Assembly (NCBI GenBank): GCA_963727895.1
Contig: CAVSHT010000004.1
Span: forward strand, 352,001 to 416,000
DNA length: 64,000 nucleotides
Direction of reading: 5' to 3'
From: an uncultured Methanosarcinaceae archaeon
GTDB lineage: Archaea; Halobacteriota; Methanosarcinia; Methanosarcinales; Methanosarcinaceae
Shown: positions 12,318 through 23,803 of the stretch, one piece after another
Numbering within the stretch: position 1 is the first letter of the stretch
How the letters are laid out: each line of letters starts with the position of its first letter
Notes under the pieces: generated by a model
Databases searched by the model: none
What the model saw: only the letters and a program-made list of their open reading frames with translations
Told to the model about the DNA's origin: nothing
Program-made: the position numbers and the translations under genes

Positions 12318-13214
12318 TTAGAAGCTTTCGTAGGAAAGCAGATATGAAGGGTCATAAAGTTCTTTTCCTTTTTTCGTTAGGTAAATACGTGTCCATAGAA
12401 CGGTCGCAAGAGGCTTTAATATCAAAATCGGCACAAGAGAGCTAGCTGCTATCAGAATACTTCCTGAGCCTGCAAATTCACTAACGAACGCGTTGAGTAA
12501 CGTGAGCCCTGTATAAATCATCCATATGACGAAAACATCTAGCTTGTTATTCATAAAGAAACGGAACCCTGCACTCAAAGCCTCGAGGGGTCCAAGCTCT
12601 TCGATTACAAGGGCATATGTACTGAGGGAAAATACAAGATTTATTATTATTAAGTAAGTAGTCCATAAAATAATTCCTACAGCTAGTACGGCTGTACCTT
12701 GTATAGAATTTGGATTTTCAAGAATCTTAGTAAGGTTCCCTATAGAAAGTGCTCCAGGCACCAGAAATACTATTCCTACAAACAGGATTAATGTAAGTAG
12801 TAGGGTTGTCATAAATAATCTAAAGGCGTTTTTCGAACCTGAAACCAGCATGTCCGAGAGAACAGTATCTCCTGTTTCCAAGGACTTCTTTGCCATTCCT
12901 ATTGCTCCTGCTGTGAAATAGGACTGCACGAACATCAAGAACAGGAAAAATCCAAGAATAAGAGATATTGACAATACTATATTCTTAGAAAATCCTTCCC
13001 ACATCATGGCAAAAAGTTCTTCATTGGAAAGGCTGGAAGTATTTACAACACTTCCGGCACTTGAAGTAAAGAGTAAAATGCCCATTAAGCCAAAGAAAAG
13101 GACATAAAGAATAAGTTCAATAAGAAAATTAATGGTGAAAGGAATACAGATATTTAAATTTCTAAGCCAGCTTTTGAATCCGTTATTGAGTAATGTTCCA
13201 AAGTCTTCATGCAT
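12318..13214 (-). CDS. multi-pass membrane protein of unknown function
   Basis: about six hydrophobic segments, intact 298-aa ORF. Confidence 0.8.
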   Translation of the reverse strand: MHEDFGTLLNNGFKSWLRNLNICIPFTINFLIELILYVLFFGLMGILLFTSSAGSVVNTSSLSNEELFAMMWEGFSKNIVLSISLILGFFLFLMFVQSYFTAGAIGMAKKSLETGDTVLSDMLVSGSKNAFRLFMTTLLLTLILFVGIVFLVPGALSIGNLTKILENPNSIQGTAVLAVGIILWTTYLIIINLVFSLSTYALVIEELGPLEALSAGFRFFMNNKLDVFVIWMIYTGLTLLNAFVSEFAGSGSILIAASSLVPILILKPLATVLWTRIYLTKKGKELYDPSYLLSYESF

Positions 13215-13425
13215 ATGCCGTGACCTTCCAATATAAAGACAGTGTACCTACACTTTTTTGCAACTGTTCTCAACAAATTACAAAAATATTGATTGTATGC
13301 AGGATCACAGATTCCATTTTTCGGATAGATATGCCGAGGATAAATATAAAATCTCTTGTCTAATGCAATGAAATCTGCAATTTACTCAAGGCACTACAAA
13401 TACCAGGCGAATAAAAGTGATTAAT

Positions 13426-13929
13426 ATGAAAAATTTGGAAACAAATGATTCTTCTCTGATTTCTGAAAAATCCACTATCGGTAGCGATAACGAAAAAGTT
13501 TTGGTTATAGGTCACTGCCTTCTCAACCCGCTTGCGAGGGTAAAAGGAGTAAAACCCACCCAACCTATTGATATACGAGGCGCGAATGTTATCCAACTCC
13601 CTTGCCCTGAAACCATATTTTTCGGTATGAAACGCCGTGAAATTACTAAAGACCAGCTCGATCATCCTGCCTACCGGTGTTTTTGCAGAGAAATCTTTAC
13701 CCATTTTGCAGACCTGCTCGAAGACCTTGCAGTCAACGGCGTAAATATAACAATTATCGGAGTTTCCAAAAGTCCCTCCTGCGGCGTGGAAATTACCAGC
13801 GTCGGCGGAGAGCCAGGCAAAGTTAAAGAATTTCACCACAGGCATGCACAAGAGCATGGCGTGTTTATGGAAGAGATTATAAAAGAGCTTAAGAAGAGAA
13901 ATATAAATTTTGAGATAGAGGATGCGTGA
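13426..13929 (+). CDS. DUF523 / TudS-related putative desulfidase
   Basis: HCLLN, QLPCPE, SPSCGV, GVFMEE motifs. Confidence 0.75.
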   Translation: MKNLETNDSSLISEKSTIGSDNEKVLVIGHCLLNPLARVKGVKPTQPIDIRGANVIQLPCPETIFFGMKRREITKDQLDHPAYRCFCREIFTHFADLLEDLAVNGVNITIIGVSKSPSCGVEITSVGGEPGKVKEFHHRHAQEHGVFMEEIIKELKKRNINFEIEDA

Positions 13930-13966
13930 AAGTAAAAATGATTTTTGATTTATTAAGAGATTAAAG

Positions 13967-14823
13967 GGTTCCGTTGCAAAAAATATCTGCTAAGGATATA
14001 ATTAAAATAAAAATGAAATCAAAGATAGTGATATGCTATCTAATTCCTTTAAATGGAAGCACTTTGTTGGTGAAATTATTTTATTGAATGTTAGATGGTA
14101 CTTAAAATACCCACTTAGTTATGGAAATTTAAAGGAAATGATGGCAGAAAGAGGGATAATAGTCAACCATACAACCATTATGAGATGGGTACATCAATAT
14201 TCACCTGAAATCGAAAAGAAGGTCAGAAGGCATTTAAGACCAACTAATAACTCTTGAAGAGTTGATGAAACTTACATCAGAGTTAAAGGTGAATGGAAAT
14301 ATTTTTACCGAGCAGTTGACTCAAATGGAGATACAATTGATTTCATGTTAAGTGCAAAACGAGACCAAAAAGCAGCAAAACGTTTCTTTAAGAAAGCTTT
14401 GAACTCTAATCATAATCAAATTCCAAGAGTAATCACAGTTGACAAAAATCCAGCTTATCCACCTGCTATAGATAAACTGAAAAATGATAAAATACTACCT
14501 ATAAACGTAGGCATTCGACAAATCAAATATTTGAATAACATTATAGAACAGGATCATAGATCCATTAAACGAATAGTTAATCCAATGTTAGGATTTCAGT
14601 CTTTTCATACAGCCATTAAAACTTTAAAAGGAATTGAAGCTATGAATATGATTAAAAAAGGACAAATCAAGAACTTAAATTACTCTGGCTTTAATGAAGC
14701 TAAATATATTAATCAATTATTTGGAATAGTTCTATAATATTGACATATCTTTTTGAATATTTTAACTTTTATTCATTATTCATAGATTTACAGGCTTATT
14801 CTAAGATTTTTTGCAACGGAACC
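13967..14823 (+). mobile_element. IS6-family element copy 3 (nonsense TGA at 14255-14257)
   Basis: same IRs and length; Trp codon TGG changed to TGA. Confidence 0.97.
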
Positions 14824-15123
14824 GAATTGTTTATATTTGGTTTTAGTTGTAGTTAGGACTGAAGGTATCTGTACATATCCAGACAGGTCATTATAAGACT
14901 GTAAGCTATAATAAGATGTTTAATACGAAAAAATACTATATTTTAACTTTATTTTTTGAAAAACTAAAACATAGAAGAAGAACTTTGTTTTTAAGAGGTC
15001 ACAACAAAAAAGCAGAAAAACAGTTATAATAATATACACCAAAACACAATTAATAATTTTGATTAGTTTTGAGATAATCGGGTGACAGAAAAATATGTGA
15101 AAAATAATTAAGGACCTATCTTT

Positions 15124-16707
15124 ATGAATATTGTTAAACTCTTTAGGACCAGAAGTAAAATAAAATTTTCAAGTTTTATCTCAGGTTTTATTCTTATTTT
15201 TCTACTTGCCTGGACTATTCTTCCTGCTTCAGCCGCAGGAATAGAAGCAAGCCGAGAACTCTCTGCTAGAAGTGTTTATCCAGGTGAAAGTTTTGCGGTG
15301 ACTGTAAACATAAAGATAGACCAGGATATTGAAGCCCTTACACTTGATGAAGACCTTCCTGATGGATGGCAGATAAGCCAGAGAGGAAATACTGTTACTG
15401 CGTTCCAGAACAGCAGCACATTTAAAGAATCTACTCTTGAGTGGATATGGACCGAAAATCTGTCAACTGGAGAAGAAAAGACAATTGTATACAATGTAAC
15501 TGTGCCTTCGAATTCCAAGCCTGGAAACTTTACATTATCTGGCAATATTTCTGCTTATTCTGTCCCTGCTGCCCCTGTAAAAGGATCTTCAGAAGTAACA
15601 GTGGCATCTCAGATAGCAGAAGCAAATTTTTCTGCAAATCCTCTTACGGGATATTCACCTTTGACTGTCCAGTTTACAGGTTTATCCACGATTAGTCCTG
15701 ATTCATGGGAGTGGGATTTTGATGGAAATGGGAACATTGACTCAAAAGAAAAGAATCCGATTTATAGATATGAAAATCCCGGTAATTACACTGTAATATT
15801 AAAGACAACTAACAGTACGTATGGAAATAGTACCAGGACAAAAACAGGATATATAACTGTTATTGAAACATCACCCATTTTTGAAACAAGTAAAGAAAGT
15901 GACGAAAATGGAAGTAGTGAAGAAAGTAGCAGTCGTAGCAACAGTGGAGGAGGAAGCGCAAGTAGTGGAACAGAAAGCACTAGTAGCGGAGGAGGAAGTT
16001 CTAGTAGTGGAGGTGGGGGAGCTGCAGTTTCTCCTGAATCAACAAAGAATATCGAACTAAAGGAAATATCTAATGTACAAATATTCAAAGGTACTCACAC
16101 ATGTTTTACTTTTAAAAATGAAACAAATGAAATTGTTAGCGTGGAGTTTGATCCAAAAAAGAGTTTTGGAAAAACAACTGCTATTGTAGAGATGCTTAAA
16201 AATACTTCTTCAATTGTTAAGGAACCTGCCCCAGGAACTGTGTATAGAAATGCAAATATATGGATAGGAAACAGTGGTTTTTCAAGCTCTGAAAATTTTG
16301 AAAATGCCAGAATAAGTTTTAGAGTAAAAAAATCCTGGATTTCTGAAAACAACATCAATGAAAGTACAATAACCCTGTATAGATACGATCAGAATTCATG
16401 GAATAAATTACCTACAACTCTTAGTGGAGAAGATGAGATTTATCTTTACTTTACCGCAGAAACTCCAGGATTTTCTCCCTTTGCAATTTCAGGCACTGAA
16501 AAGAAAATTCAATCAATAGAGATATCTCCAGCAAAAATAAGAGAAAACCAGACCCAAAATAAAGTAACAATGTCTGATATAGAAAAACAGGAAAATATGA
16601 CTTCAAATCTAAAAAATAACGAAAATAAAAGTTCTCCAGGATTCGAAGGAGCCTTTACAATTGTTGAATTACTAACTTTATATGGTATATTGAAGAAAAA
16701 AAAGTAG
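15124..16707 (+). CDS. cell-surface protein with PKD and PGF-pre-PGF domains and PGF-CTERM-like tail
   Basis: signal peptide, PKD (PLTVQFT, WEWDFDG), Ser/Gly linker, ETPGFSPFAI, SPGF plus hydrophobic segment and KKKK. Confidence 0.9.
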   Translation: MNIVKLFRTRSKIKFSSFISGFILIFLLAWTILPASAAGIEASRELSARSVYPGESFAVTVNIKIDQDIEALTLDEDLPDGWQISQRGNTVTAFQNSSTFKESTLEWIWTENLSTGEEKTIVYNVTVPSNSKPGNFTLSGNISAYSVPAAPVKGSSEVTVASQIAEANFSANPLTGYSPLTVQFTGLSTISPDSWEWDFDGNGNIDSKEKNPIYRYENPGNYTVILKTTNSTYGNSTRTKTGYITVIETSPIFETSKESDENGSSEESSSRSNSGGGSASSGTESTSSGGGSSSSGGGGAAVSPESTKNIELKEISNVQIFKGTHTCFTFKNETNEIVSVEFDPKKSFGKTTAIVEMLKNTSSIVKEPAPGTVYRNANIWIGNSGFSSSENFENARISFRVKKSWISENNINESTITLYRYDQNSWNKLPTTLSGEDEIYLYFTAETPGFSPFAISGTEKKIQSIEISPAKIRENQTQNKVTMSDIEKQENMTSNLKNNENKSSPGFEGAFTIVELLTLYGILKKKK

Positions 16708-16900
16708 TCAAATGAGAATAGAGATAAATGAGGAAAAAATGTGCCTATCAAGTTTGGGTAAAATCTTTCCTTTTCAGAATATATTTTTTCTTCAATTATT
16801 CTCTCATTTCTAACTGCTTGATATAAAAACTTATGACTTGAAACAGAAGTTTAGAGCTTGAAACAGAAGCCTCTGTTATTTTAGTTCTTTTTTCTTCTTC

Positions 16901-17842
16901 TCATATATATCCACATTGTTCAAGCCAGGTAAGCGACCTTATCCATTCCCCTTTTGGCTCTCTTGAAGTGCCTACTACAAGCCGCTTTATATCTCCGACT
17001 TCTTCGACAATGCCGCAAGCTTCTATAATTTCCCCAGGAAGTGCCTGACCTGCATAAGTATGGGTATATGAGAGTACGTGGTCGATTTCATCGTGCTCGA
17101 CTTTGTAATATGCAGGGCTGTCAAAGGCAAAGTCGGCATTTGTAACTTTGGCTTCGATTTTCATTTTGACGGTGTCTTTTCCGCGCAGAAGAGGCTCTTT
17201 TATCTGGTCCCACTCCCTTACGAAAAGAAGATCAAAATAAGTGCCATCAACCATGCCCCTGTTGCCTTTTCTGGACTCGTGGAGCATGAATTCGTCAAAT
17301 GAAATCTCCGGAATTCTCTTTCTGTAGATTCTCTGCCACATTTCTTCATCAATTTCTTCAATGGGACCTTCCTGTTGTTTTGCAGCAGTTATTGCATCCC
17401 TTGCCCTGAACCATACAGGACCATATACAACAAAGTCAATATCCGAACTCTCATTCTGGAGACCTGCAAGCATCGAACCTGTAACTCCCATGCTTGTTCT
17501 GGGAATGCCTGCCAGATCAAGTGTTTTTACAATTGCCCTTACGCGGTTGTCAGAATTTACAAGTTTGGGAATCACGTCTGAAGGACGAAGCACCTGCTTT
17601 ACCTCGGATTCAGGAACTACATGAACATCCTGAACCCATTCAGGCCTGTGCTTCCTCATGAACTCAAAAGCCGGACCAAAATCGTATTTTTTATATCTAA
17701 TTCCATTTAACTCCCTCTCCCCGTTCTCATCGGGCACATAGCGGAGCGTGGCCCGGATTCCATCACTACGGAAATAGTCGGAAACCGCAAAAAGCCAGTT
17801 ATCTTTCGTGACAAGAAAATCTCTCAGGCGTGTTTTGAGCAT
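16901..17842 (-). CDS. Pol-beta-superfamily nucleotidyltransferase domain protein
   Basis: GVTGSML...SDIDFVVYG motif. Confidence 0.8.
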   Translation of the reverse strand: MLKTRLRDFLVTKDNWLFAVSDYFRSDGIRATLRYVPDENGERELNGIRYKKYDFGPAFEFMRKHRPEWVQDVHVVPESEVKQVLRPSDVIPKLVNSDNRVRAIVKTLDLAGIPRTSMGVTGSMLAGLQNESSDIDFVVYGPVWFRARDAITAAKQQEGPIEEIDEEMWQRIYRKRIPEISFDEFMLHESRKGNRGMVDGTYFDLLFVREWDQIKEPLLRGKDTVKMKIEAKVTNADFAFDSPAYYKVEHDEIDHVLSYTHTYAGQALPGEIIEACGIVEEVGDIKRLVVGTSREPKGEWIRSLTWLEQCGYI

Positions 17843-18200
17843 TTATACCATCATCCTGGAACTTATAAAAGTACCTAAGAGTACTCGGATTTAAGGAACC
17901 TTAACGTCCAGGGCTTTATAATAATTATAATAAATAGTCAGGAAATGTATTGTACCATTCCTGTATATAATTATCAGGTATAAACCTGTTAGTAAAAGCT
18001 TTCAGATAACTGCAGGATAAAAGCTTTTAAAAATCATTTAATACAGTAGCTTTTAAATAAATTACAAACTTTTGAAGAAACTATTTGAAAAATCCTACTT
18101 TGAAATACAACTATGTTTTAAGACGAAACTTTCTGGGTAAATAACATGCTTAACTTTTACAATAATGGAATATATATAGAGGAGTTTACAGATATTAAAT

Positions 18201-19520
18201 ATGGCAGATATATTAAACGGAACAGACTGTAGGTGCAGAACATCCGAGGTAATGCTTTTGAGAGAGAATCCGAGTGCAGAAGCGCTTGAAGCCTGGATTA
18301 TACAGCTCAGGCGCGAATTTCACAGATACCCCGAACTCAGTTTTGAAGAATATGAGACCCAAAAGAAAATCCTGAAAATACTTGGAGAACTGGGAATAGA
18401 AGCCAGAAAAATTGCAGATACCGGCGTACTTGCAAGTATTCGGGGAACACTACCGGGCCCTTGCATTGCCCTTCGTTCGGATACGGATGGATTACAGGTG
18501 CAGGAAGAATTAACTGGAAGAAATAATGACTATGTCTCCAGAAATGAAGGAGTAATGCACGCCTGCGGACATGATGGGCATATGGCAATGCTTTTTGGGG
18601 CTGCACGGCTTTTTCAGGAAAATAGGAATTTTCCAGGGGAAGTTCGCCTTATCTTCCAGCCTGCAGAGGAAATTCCACCAGGAGGTTCGGAAAGGGTAAT
18701 TGCAGAAGGAGGGCTTGAGGGTGTGGATGCGGTTATGGGTATGCACATCTTTACCAATCACGAATCAGGAAGTGTGGGTTTCCGTCCAGGACCTTTTATG
18801 GCAAGCACCAACAGATTTGAAATAACTCTCACAGGAAAGGGAGGCCATATCTCAAAGCCTGAAAGCTGTATTGATCCCGTCAGAATAGCAACGGATTTTC
18901 TTAGCAGCCTTTATCCTACTCTGGAAAAACGGCTTGAACCGGATAAGTATATCATTGGAGTTGGAAGGATTCGAGGAGGAGCCCAGTTCAATAGAATTCC
19001 TGATACTGTAGAAATTCTTGGAAGTTATCGGACTTTTGATCGGGAAACTACAGATATCATTGACAGGACAATAAAGGAACGTCTGGATGAGGTAGTAAAA
19101 AGATACGCAAAAGCAGGAGAAGAATTTTCAGGTTTTCCTGACTACAAGCTTGATATACTGCATGGATATCCTGTCCTTGTAAATGATCCTGTGTTCACAA
19201 ATGCTGTAAATTCAAAGCTGCAGGAGAGTTTTCCTGAACTTACAGTCTACCCTGAACTAGAAAAAACCTTTGCTGCCGAAGATTTTGCAAGTTACCTGCA
19301 GAAAGTTCCAGGAATTTTTATTTCTCTGGGCACCAGAAACCCGGAAAAAAAGATAGTGGAAATCAATCATTCATGCAAGTTTGATATTGATGAAGAGATC
19401 CTTATTACCGGCACGAAGATATTTTACACTGTATCTCTAGATTTTCTCAAAAATCCGGCAAAATATCTTAATTCTCAGAGTTATTTGAACCCTGGACCAT
19501 CAAAAAAGCCTGAAAACTGA
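18201..19520 (+). CDS. M20D-family amidohydrolase
   Basis: HRYPELSFEE, MHACGHDGH, FQPAEE, AEDF. Confidence 0.92.
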   Translation: MADILNGTDCRCRTSEVMLLRENPSAEALEAWIIQLRREFHRYPELSFEEYETQKKILKILGELGIEARKIADTGVLASIRGTLPGPCIALRSDTDGLQVQEELTGRNNDYVSRNEGVMHACGHDGHMAMLFGAARLFQENRNFPGEVRLIFQPAEEIPPGGSERVIAEGGLEGVDAVMGMHIFTNHESGSVGFRPGPFMASTNRFEITLTGKGGHISKPESCIDPVRIATDFLSSLYPTLEKRLEPDKYIIGVGRIRGGAQFNRIPDTVEILGSYRTFDRETTDIIDRTIKERLDEVVKRYAKAGEEFSGFPDYKLDILHGYPVLVNDPVFTNAVNSKLQESFPELTVYPELEKTFAAEDFASYLQKVPGIFISLGTRNPEKKIVEINHSCKFDIDEEILITGTKIFYTVSLDFLKNPAKYLNSQSYLNPGPSKKPEN

Positions 19521-19556
19521 CAAATGAGCTAAAACTGCCATTTTGGAGCGAAATAG

Positions 19557-19994
19557 ATGATAATCGAGAGATACGATGATTCCAGAAAGGAAGAAGTCCG
19601 TGAGGTTGTGCTTGGAGTTTTGGCAGAACACGGTTTTGAACCAGACAGGTTAAAAGATGCCGACCTCAACGACATAAACGGTTACTATTTTGGAAGCGGA
19701 GGCGCATTTTTTATAGGAATCGTCGACTGTAAAGTTGTAGGCACGGCAGGTGTTCAAAAACTTAAAGGAAATTTGTGTGAAATCCGGCGTATATATCTTA
19801 AAAAGGACTTCAGAAGCAAAGGCAATGGAAAACGGCTTTTCAGGACTGCTCTCGATTTTGCTGAAAAAAACGGTTCAGGTGCGGTTCTTAAAACCGATTC
19901 AACTCTCACGAAAGCAATAGACATGTACCTCAAACACGGCTTCACTTTCAAGAAAGAAGAGAACGGGTACCTGTATTTTGAGAAAATGTTTTAA
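19557..19994 (+). CDS. GNAT-family N-acetyltransferase
   Basis: EIRRIYL...RSKGNG motif A; AIDMYLKHGF. Confidence 0.88.
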   Translation: MIIERYDDSRKEEVREVVLGVLAEHGFEPDRLKDADLNDINGYYFGSGGAFFIGIVDCKVVGTAGVQKLKGNLCEIRRIYLKKDFRSKGNGKRLFRTALDFAEKNGSGAVLKTDSTLTKAIDMYLKHGFTFKKEENGYLYFEKMF

Positions 19995-20002
19995 CGCCCG
20001 AA

Positions 20003-20130
20003 TTCCGTCACCCGAGTTCCATCACCCGAGTCCCGTCACCCGAGTCCCGTCTCGGGAGGACGGTGACCTTTTTTCGCTACCCGAGTTTCGCTTCGGGAGC
20101 ACGAAGCCCTTTTCGCTTCGCTCAAGAGGG
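20003..20130. repeat. GC-rich intergenic REP-like element with three 14-bp tandem units
   Basis: TCACCCGAGT(C/T)CC(G/A) x3 followed by hairpins and TTCGCTTCGCTCAAGAGG. Confidence 0.6.
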
Positions 20131-20258
20131 CTGAATCATAAGAATCATAACAAAGACATTTAGATGAGACAAGAATATCTATTTGTAGAACATTTATTTG
20201 CCTTATGTGTGTATTTTTTGTAATCATCTTTATAATTTTATTTTTCTAAATAATTACA

Positions 20259-22257
20259 TTAACAGCCTTCTTTTTTCTCAAGGGCTTGTAGATATTCGAG
20301 GACAGCAAGGATGTAGGCTGAATGGGACCAGGCAAGGGGGAGAACTGAGAGAGATTTGCCTTTATCATCGATTTGTTCAGAGAAAAGACCTGTTGGGTGG
20401 GCGTGAACTGCACACCAGTTCAGGATTTCAAGAGCTCGGTCAAGATTACCAACTGCTGAATGCCATTGGGACAGCCAGAGAGTGCAGATAATCCAGCTGT
20501 TCATGTAACCAAAGTAGGTGTCGTGAAGATACCTGGCAATCCCGCCTGAAGGACGCTTAAGTTCACGTTCAATAGCCTTCATTGTCTGGACAATTCTGGG
20601 ATCATCGGGAGGGAGAATTTTAAAGTACCAGACCGCAAAGACCGAGGAATCAAGAGTTGGATCATCAAGAGAACGGCGGAAACGCTTTAGTCTTTTATCG
20701 TAAAGGTTCTCCAGAATTGATTTATGGATTCGATCTGCAGCTTCTTTCCAGATGTTTGCATTGTCATAATCGCCAAGAGAACTGGAGAGTTCATAGGCTC
20801 CATTGAGGCCAGCATAAACTGTACATGAACTATATGTATGCACACCCTTTCGCTCTTCCCATAAGTCAAAACTCGATATTGGGAGGTCTGTTTCTTTATC
20901 AATCGCTTTTGTAAGATAATTTGCTGTTGGGATCACAAGCCTTCGGTAGTATCTGCCAGTGGTCCAGACACTCTTTGAAATCTCCCAGTTGTTATACAGG
21001 GCATAAAGAGGAAGCCCTGTTTCATCTATCTGAATCATAGGGACAGGATGCCATGTGCTTCCGAAATCTCCTGCAGGCGTATACTTGTGAAGAAAGTTAC
21101 CTCTGGGTGTGATGACTTTTGAGAAAAACTCAAATGTCTCGGCGCTAAGGTGATGGTATCGCGCCCTATCGAGTGCAAGGCAAATCCAGGCGGCATCCCT
21201 GGGCCAGCAATAGCTGTAAAGGTCTGCTCCGAATTGCTTTATATCCGAATCGCAAGATGCAACTACCGAGCCCGTAATATCCATGTGAGCAACAACTGCA
21301 AGGAGACTTCCTATAAAAGCACTGAAAAATATTTTGGGGTAACTGAGACATTCGTGCAAATTCCGGAAGGACGGACACTCTTTCAGTAAACGAGTTCCAG
21401 AAATTGAAGTTATGATGAAAAAGAGCTTTTCCTCCAGCTTCTTTTTCCTGTTTATGAATCTGAAGCACACTGCAGTATTTTTTGCCAAGAATTATCCAGT
21501 AATGTATTCTTGTTGATTCTCCTGGCTTCAGTTCAGGGAGGGTCCAACCAAGAGTGGAATCTACAGAACCATGAGATACGGGATTTCCACTGAGAGAGGA
21601 GTCATTTTCCATATCTTTCCATGTGCCTTCAAGTCCTCTCCATTCTGCAGTCCCAACTGCATACTGGTCAAAAGCAGGATCACTTGCATGCAGAAAATAT
21701 CTGTCACGCTTGTAATGGATAAGCCTAGTTTTATCGATTACAGCAGTTTCTCCTATTTTGGTCTCAAGAATCCGATAATTCTGGTTTGAGAAAAGGCGTA
21801 AATGTTTAGATTCATTTGAAGTATTCATCACCTCAAAGGTCCTGTAAAAAATATTTACCGAAGGGTGAACAGCTTCCCAAACTGTAATTTTGAGTCCGAT
21901 CTCAGAATTTTCGAATACTGTTTCTCCTATATTTGAGATAATTCCCTTGCAGACCTCAGGAATTTGCCGGTTTCCTTCCTGACTACCGTATTTTTTATTT
22001 ATTTTCCTGCCCTCTCCTGAGTTTTCAAGAAGACGCTTGCAGAAGTCTTCCTTAAACTCGGATTTATATCTCTGTCGAATCTTCCAGTTTTCAAGCCAGC
22101 TACAATAAAGGGATTCAAGGTCACATATGCCAACTTTTATCGAATTTCCATGATTTTCGAGTCCTACATATGGAAAATATATATCCCTTATAATCCCTTT
22201 TTCGTCTTCACAGATCAGGATTCTCCCATTTCCGAAAATTAGAGGTCTAACCCCGAT
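20259..22257 (-). pseudogene. glycoside hydrolase family 15 (glucoamylase-like), frameshifted
   Basis: YCWPRDA, QIDETG, DLWEE, PLAWSH; frameshift near 21310; N-terminal frame (RPLIFGNG..DIYFPYVG) lacks a canonical start. Confidence 0.88.
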
Positions 22258-22654
22258 ACCTCCTGTTTTCCTTTGTGAAAATACCCTATTACGAGAGATG
22301 AATTTATTACCTCAAATAGCTTAGTATAAAAAATTTGGTGAAAACTGGATTTTAGCCATAGAAATATTTTATCAAAAACATTAGTAAAAATAAATATACG
22401 TGTCAAATTTTCATCGTCTAAACGGCATTTAAGGGGAAATGTGTTTCTTTATATTCCGTTTTTAAAAAGTAAGAACAGACTCGTCAGTAGAAAACATTAA
22501 TTTCTTATTGAAGATATATATAAATTTAATAAGAATATTTATATTTTATTATGCTATCTTAGTAAATGTCTTATAGATAAATATTAAAAATTTAGTAAAT
22601 GTCTTCTAGACAAATATTAAAAAATTACTTACATACAGAAAGTACGTGTTTATA

Positions 22655-22816
22655 ATGTCTCACGTGAAAAAAACATGCCCCATTTGTGGAAAAGAATTCT
22701 TTGTCCTTAAAAAAGTTGAGGAAAAAGCAATTTACTGTACTCTGGAATGCCTGATAAAAGCTCAGGAGATGTATGAACCCAGAGAATTTTCCCAACCCCT
22801 GGTTGAGATCTTGTAA
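22655..22816 (+). CDS. small CPxCG zinc-finger protein (53 aa)
   Basis: MSHVKKTCPICGKEF...YCTLEC; below ORF-track cutoff. Confidence 0.65.
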   Translation: MSHVKKTCPICGKEFFVLKKVEEKAIYCTLECLIKAQEMYEPREFSQPLVEIL

Positions 22817-22888
22817 GGTAAGAAACAAAAAATGTGGAGAACTCCCTTATAAAGGGTTTTCCAATATTTTTTAGTTATAGAATCTCTT

Positions 22889-23518
22889 TTATTTTCCAGC
22901 AAGTTTTTTTGCAATTTGAGCTACATATCTGCCCTGATAACGAGCCATTTCAAGCTCATTCTCAGAAGGTTGACGGTTTTCATCAGCTCCTGCAATCGTG
23001 GAAGCTCCATAGGGACTACCACCTGTGATCTCATCCATACTTCTCTGTCGAGTTTCTGAATAAGGAAGCCCTACAATAATCATTCCTAGATGAAGCAGGG
23101 TAACATGTGTTGTTAAGATAGTAGATTCCTGACCTCCATGTTGTGTTCCACTGGAAGTAAAGATACTTCCAACTTTTCCAACAAGAGCATTTCTGCTCCA
23201 TAATCCTCCAAGACCATCAAAAACCGTACGCATCTGGGCTGACATATTTCCAAAACGTGTGGGTGTCCCAAAAATAATTGCATCTGCCCCTGCAAATACT
23301 TCTTCATACATGCTTCTGGTAACTACAGGAATATGCGAAAAAAGATTTTTTGTTTCGATTGCCCCCATTTTTTCCAGAACTTCATAAGGTAGAGTTTCAG
23401 GAACCTGATAAATCTCTACTTCAGCTCCTTCAACTTCTCTTGCTCCTTCGGCTATAGCTTCTGCCATTTTGTAAATATGACCATGAATACTGTGAAATAC
23501 AACGTTTACTTTAACCAT
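22889..23518 (-). CDS. wrbA: NAD(P)H:quinone oxidoreductase, type IV
   Basis: FGTPTRFGNM, SGTQHGGQEST, GGSPYGA. Confidence 0.95.
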   Translation of the reverse strand: MVKVNVVFHSIHGHIYKMAEAIAEGAREVEGAEVEIYQVPETLPYEVLEKMGAIETKNLFSHIPVVTRSMYEEVFAGADAIIFGTPTRFGNMSAQMRTVFDGLGGLWSRNALVGKVGSIFTSSGTQHGGQESTILTTHVTLLHLGMIIVGLPYSETRQRSMDEITGGSPYGASTIAGADENRQPSENELEMARYQGRYVAQIAKKLAGK

Positions 23519-23803
23519 TCAGATCCTCCATTAAGACCAATTGGGACGTAAATAAAATGATTTCAATAATAAAACGGATTAAGAATCCCCAGAAAAGTTA
23601 AGATTCCCTCTTAAAAATAGTTTTCTGATATTATATATCTTGTTAGCAAAAGTTAATTTTTTCTGACTAAGATTTGTGATCGACTTATTCCTAAGAGTCC
23701 TGTACTCCTAATTTACTTCATTAGTTAATTGCGAATATTTAAAAAAATTGAATGTGTATAGATTTCAGTAAATATAATCTATCAAAATAGTTATTAGGAT
23801 ATA

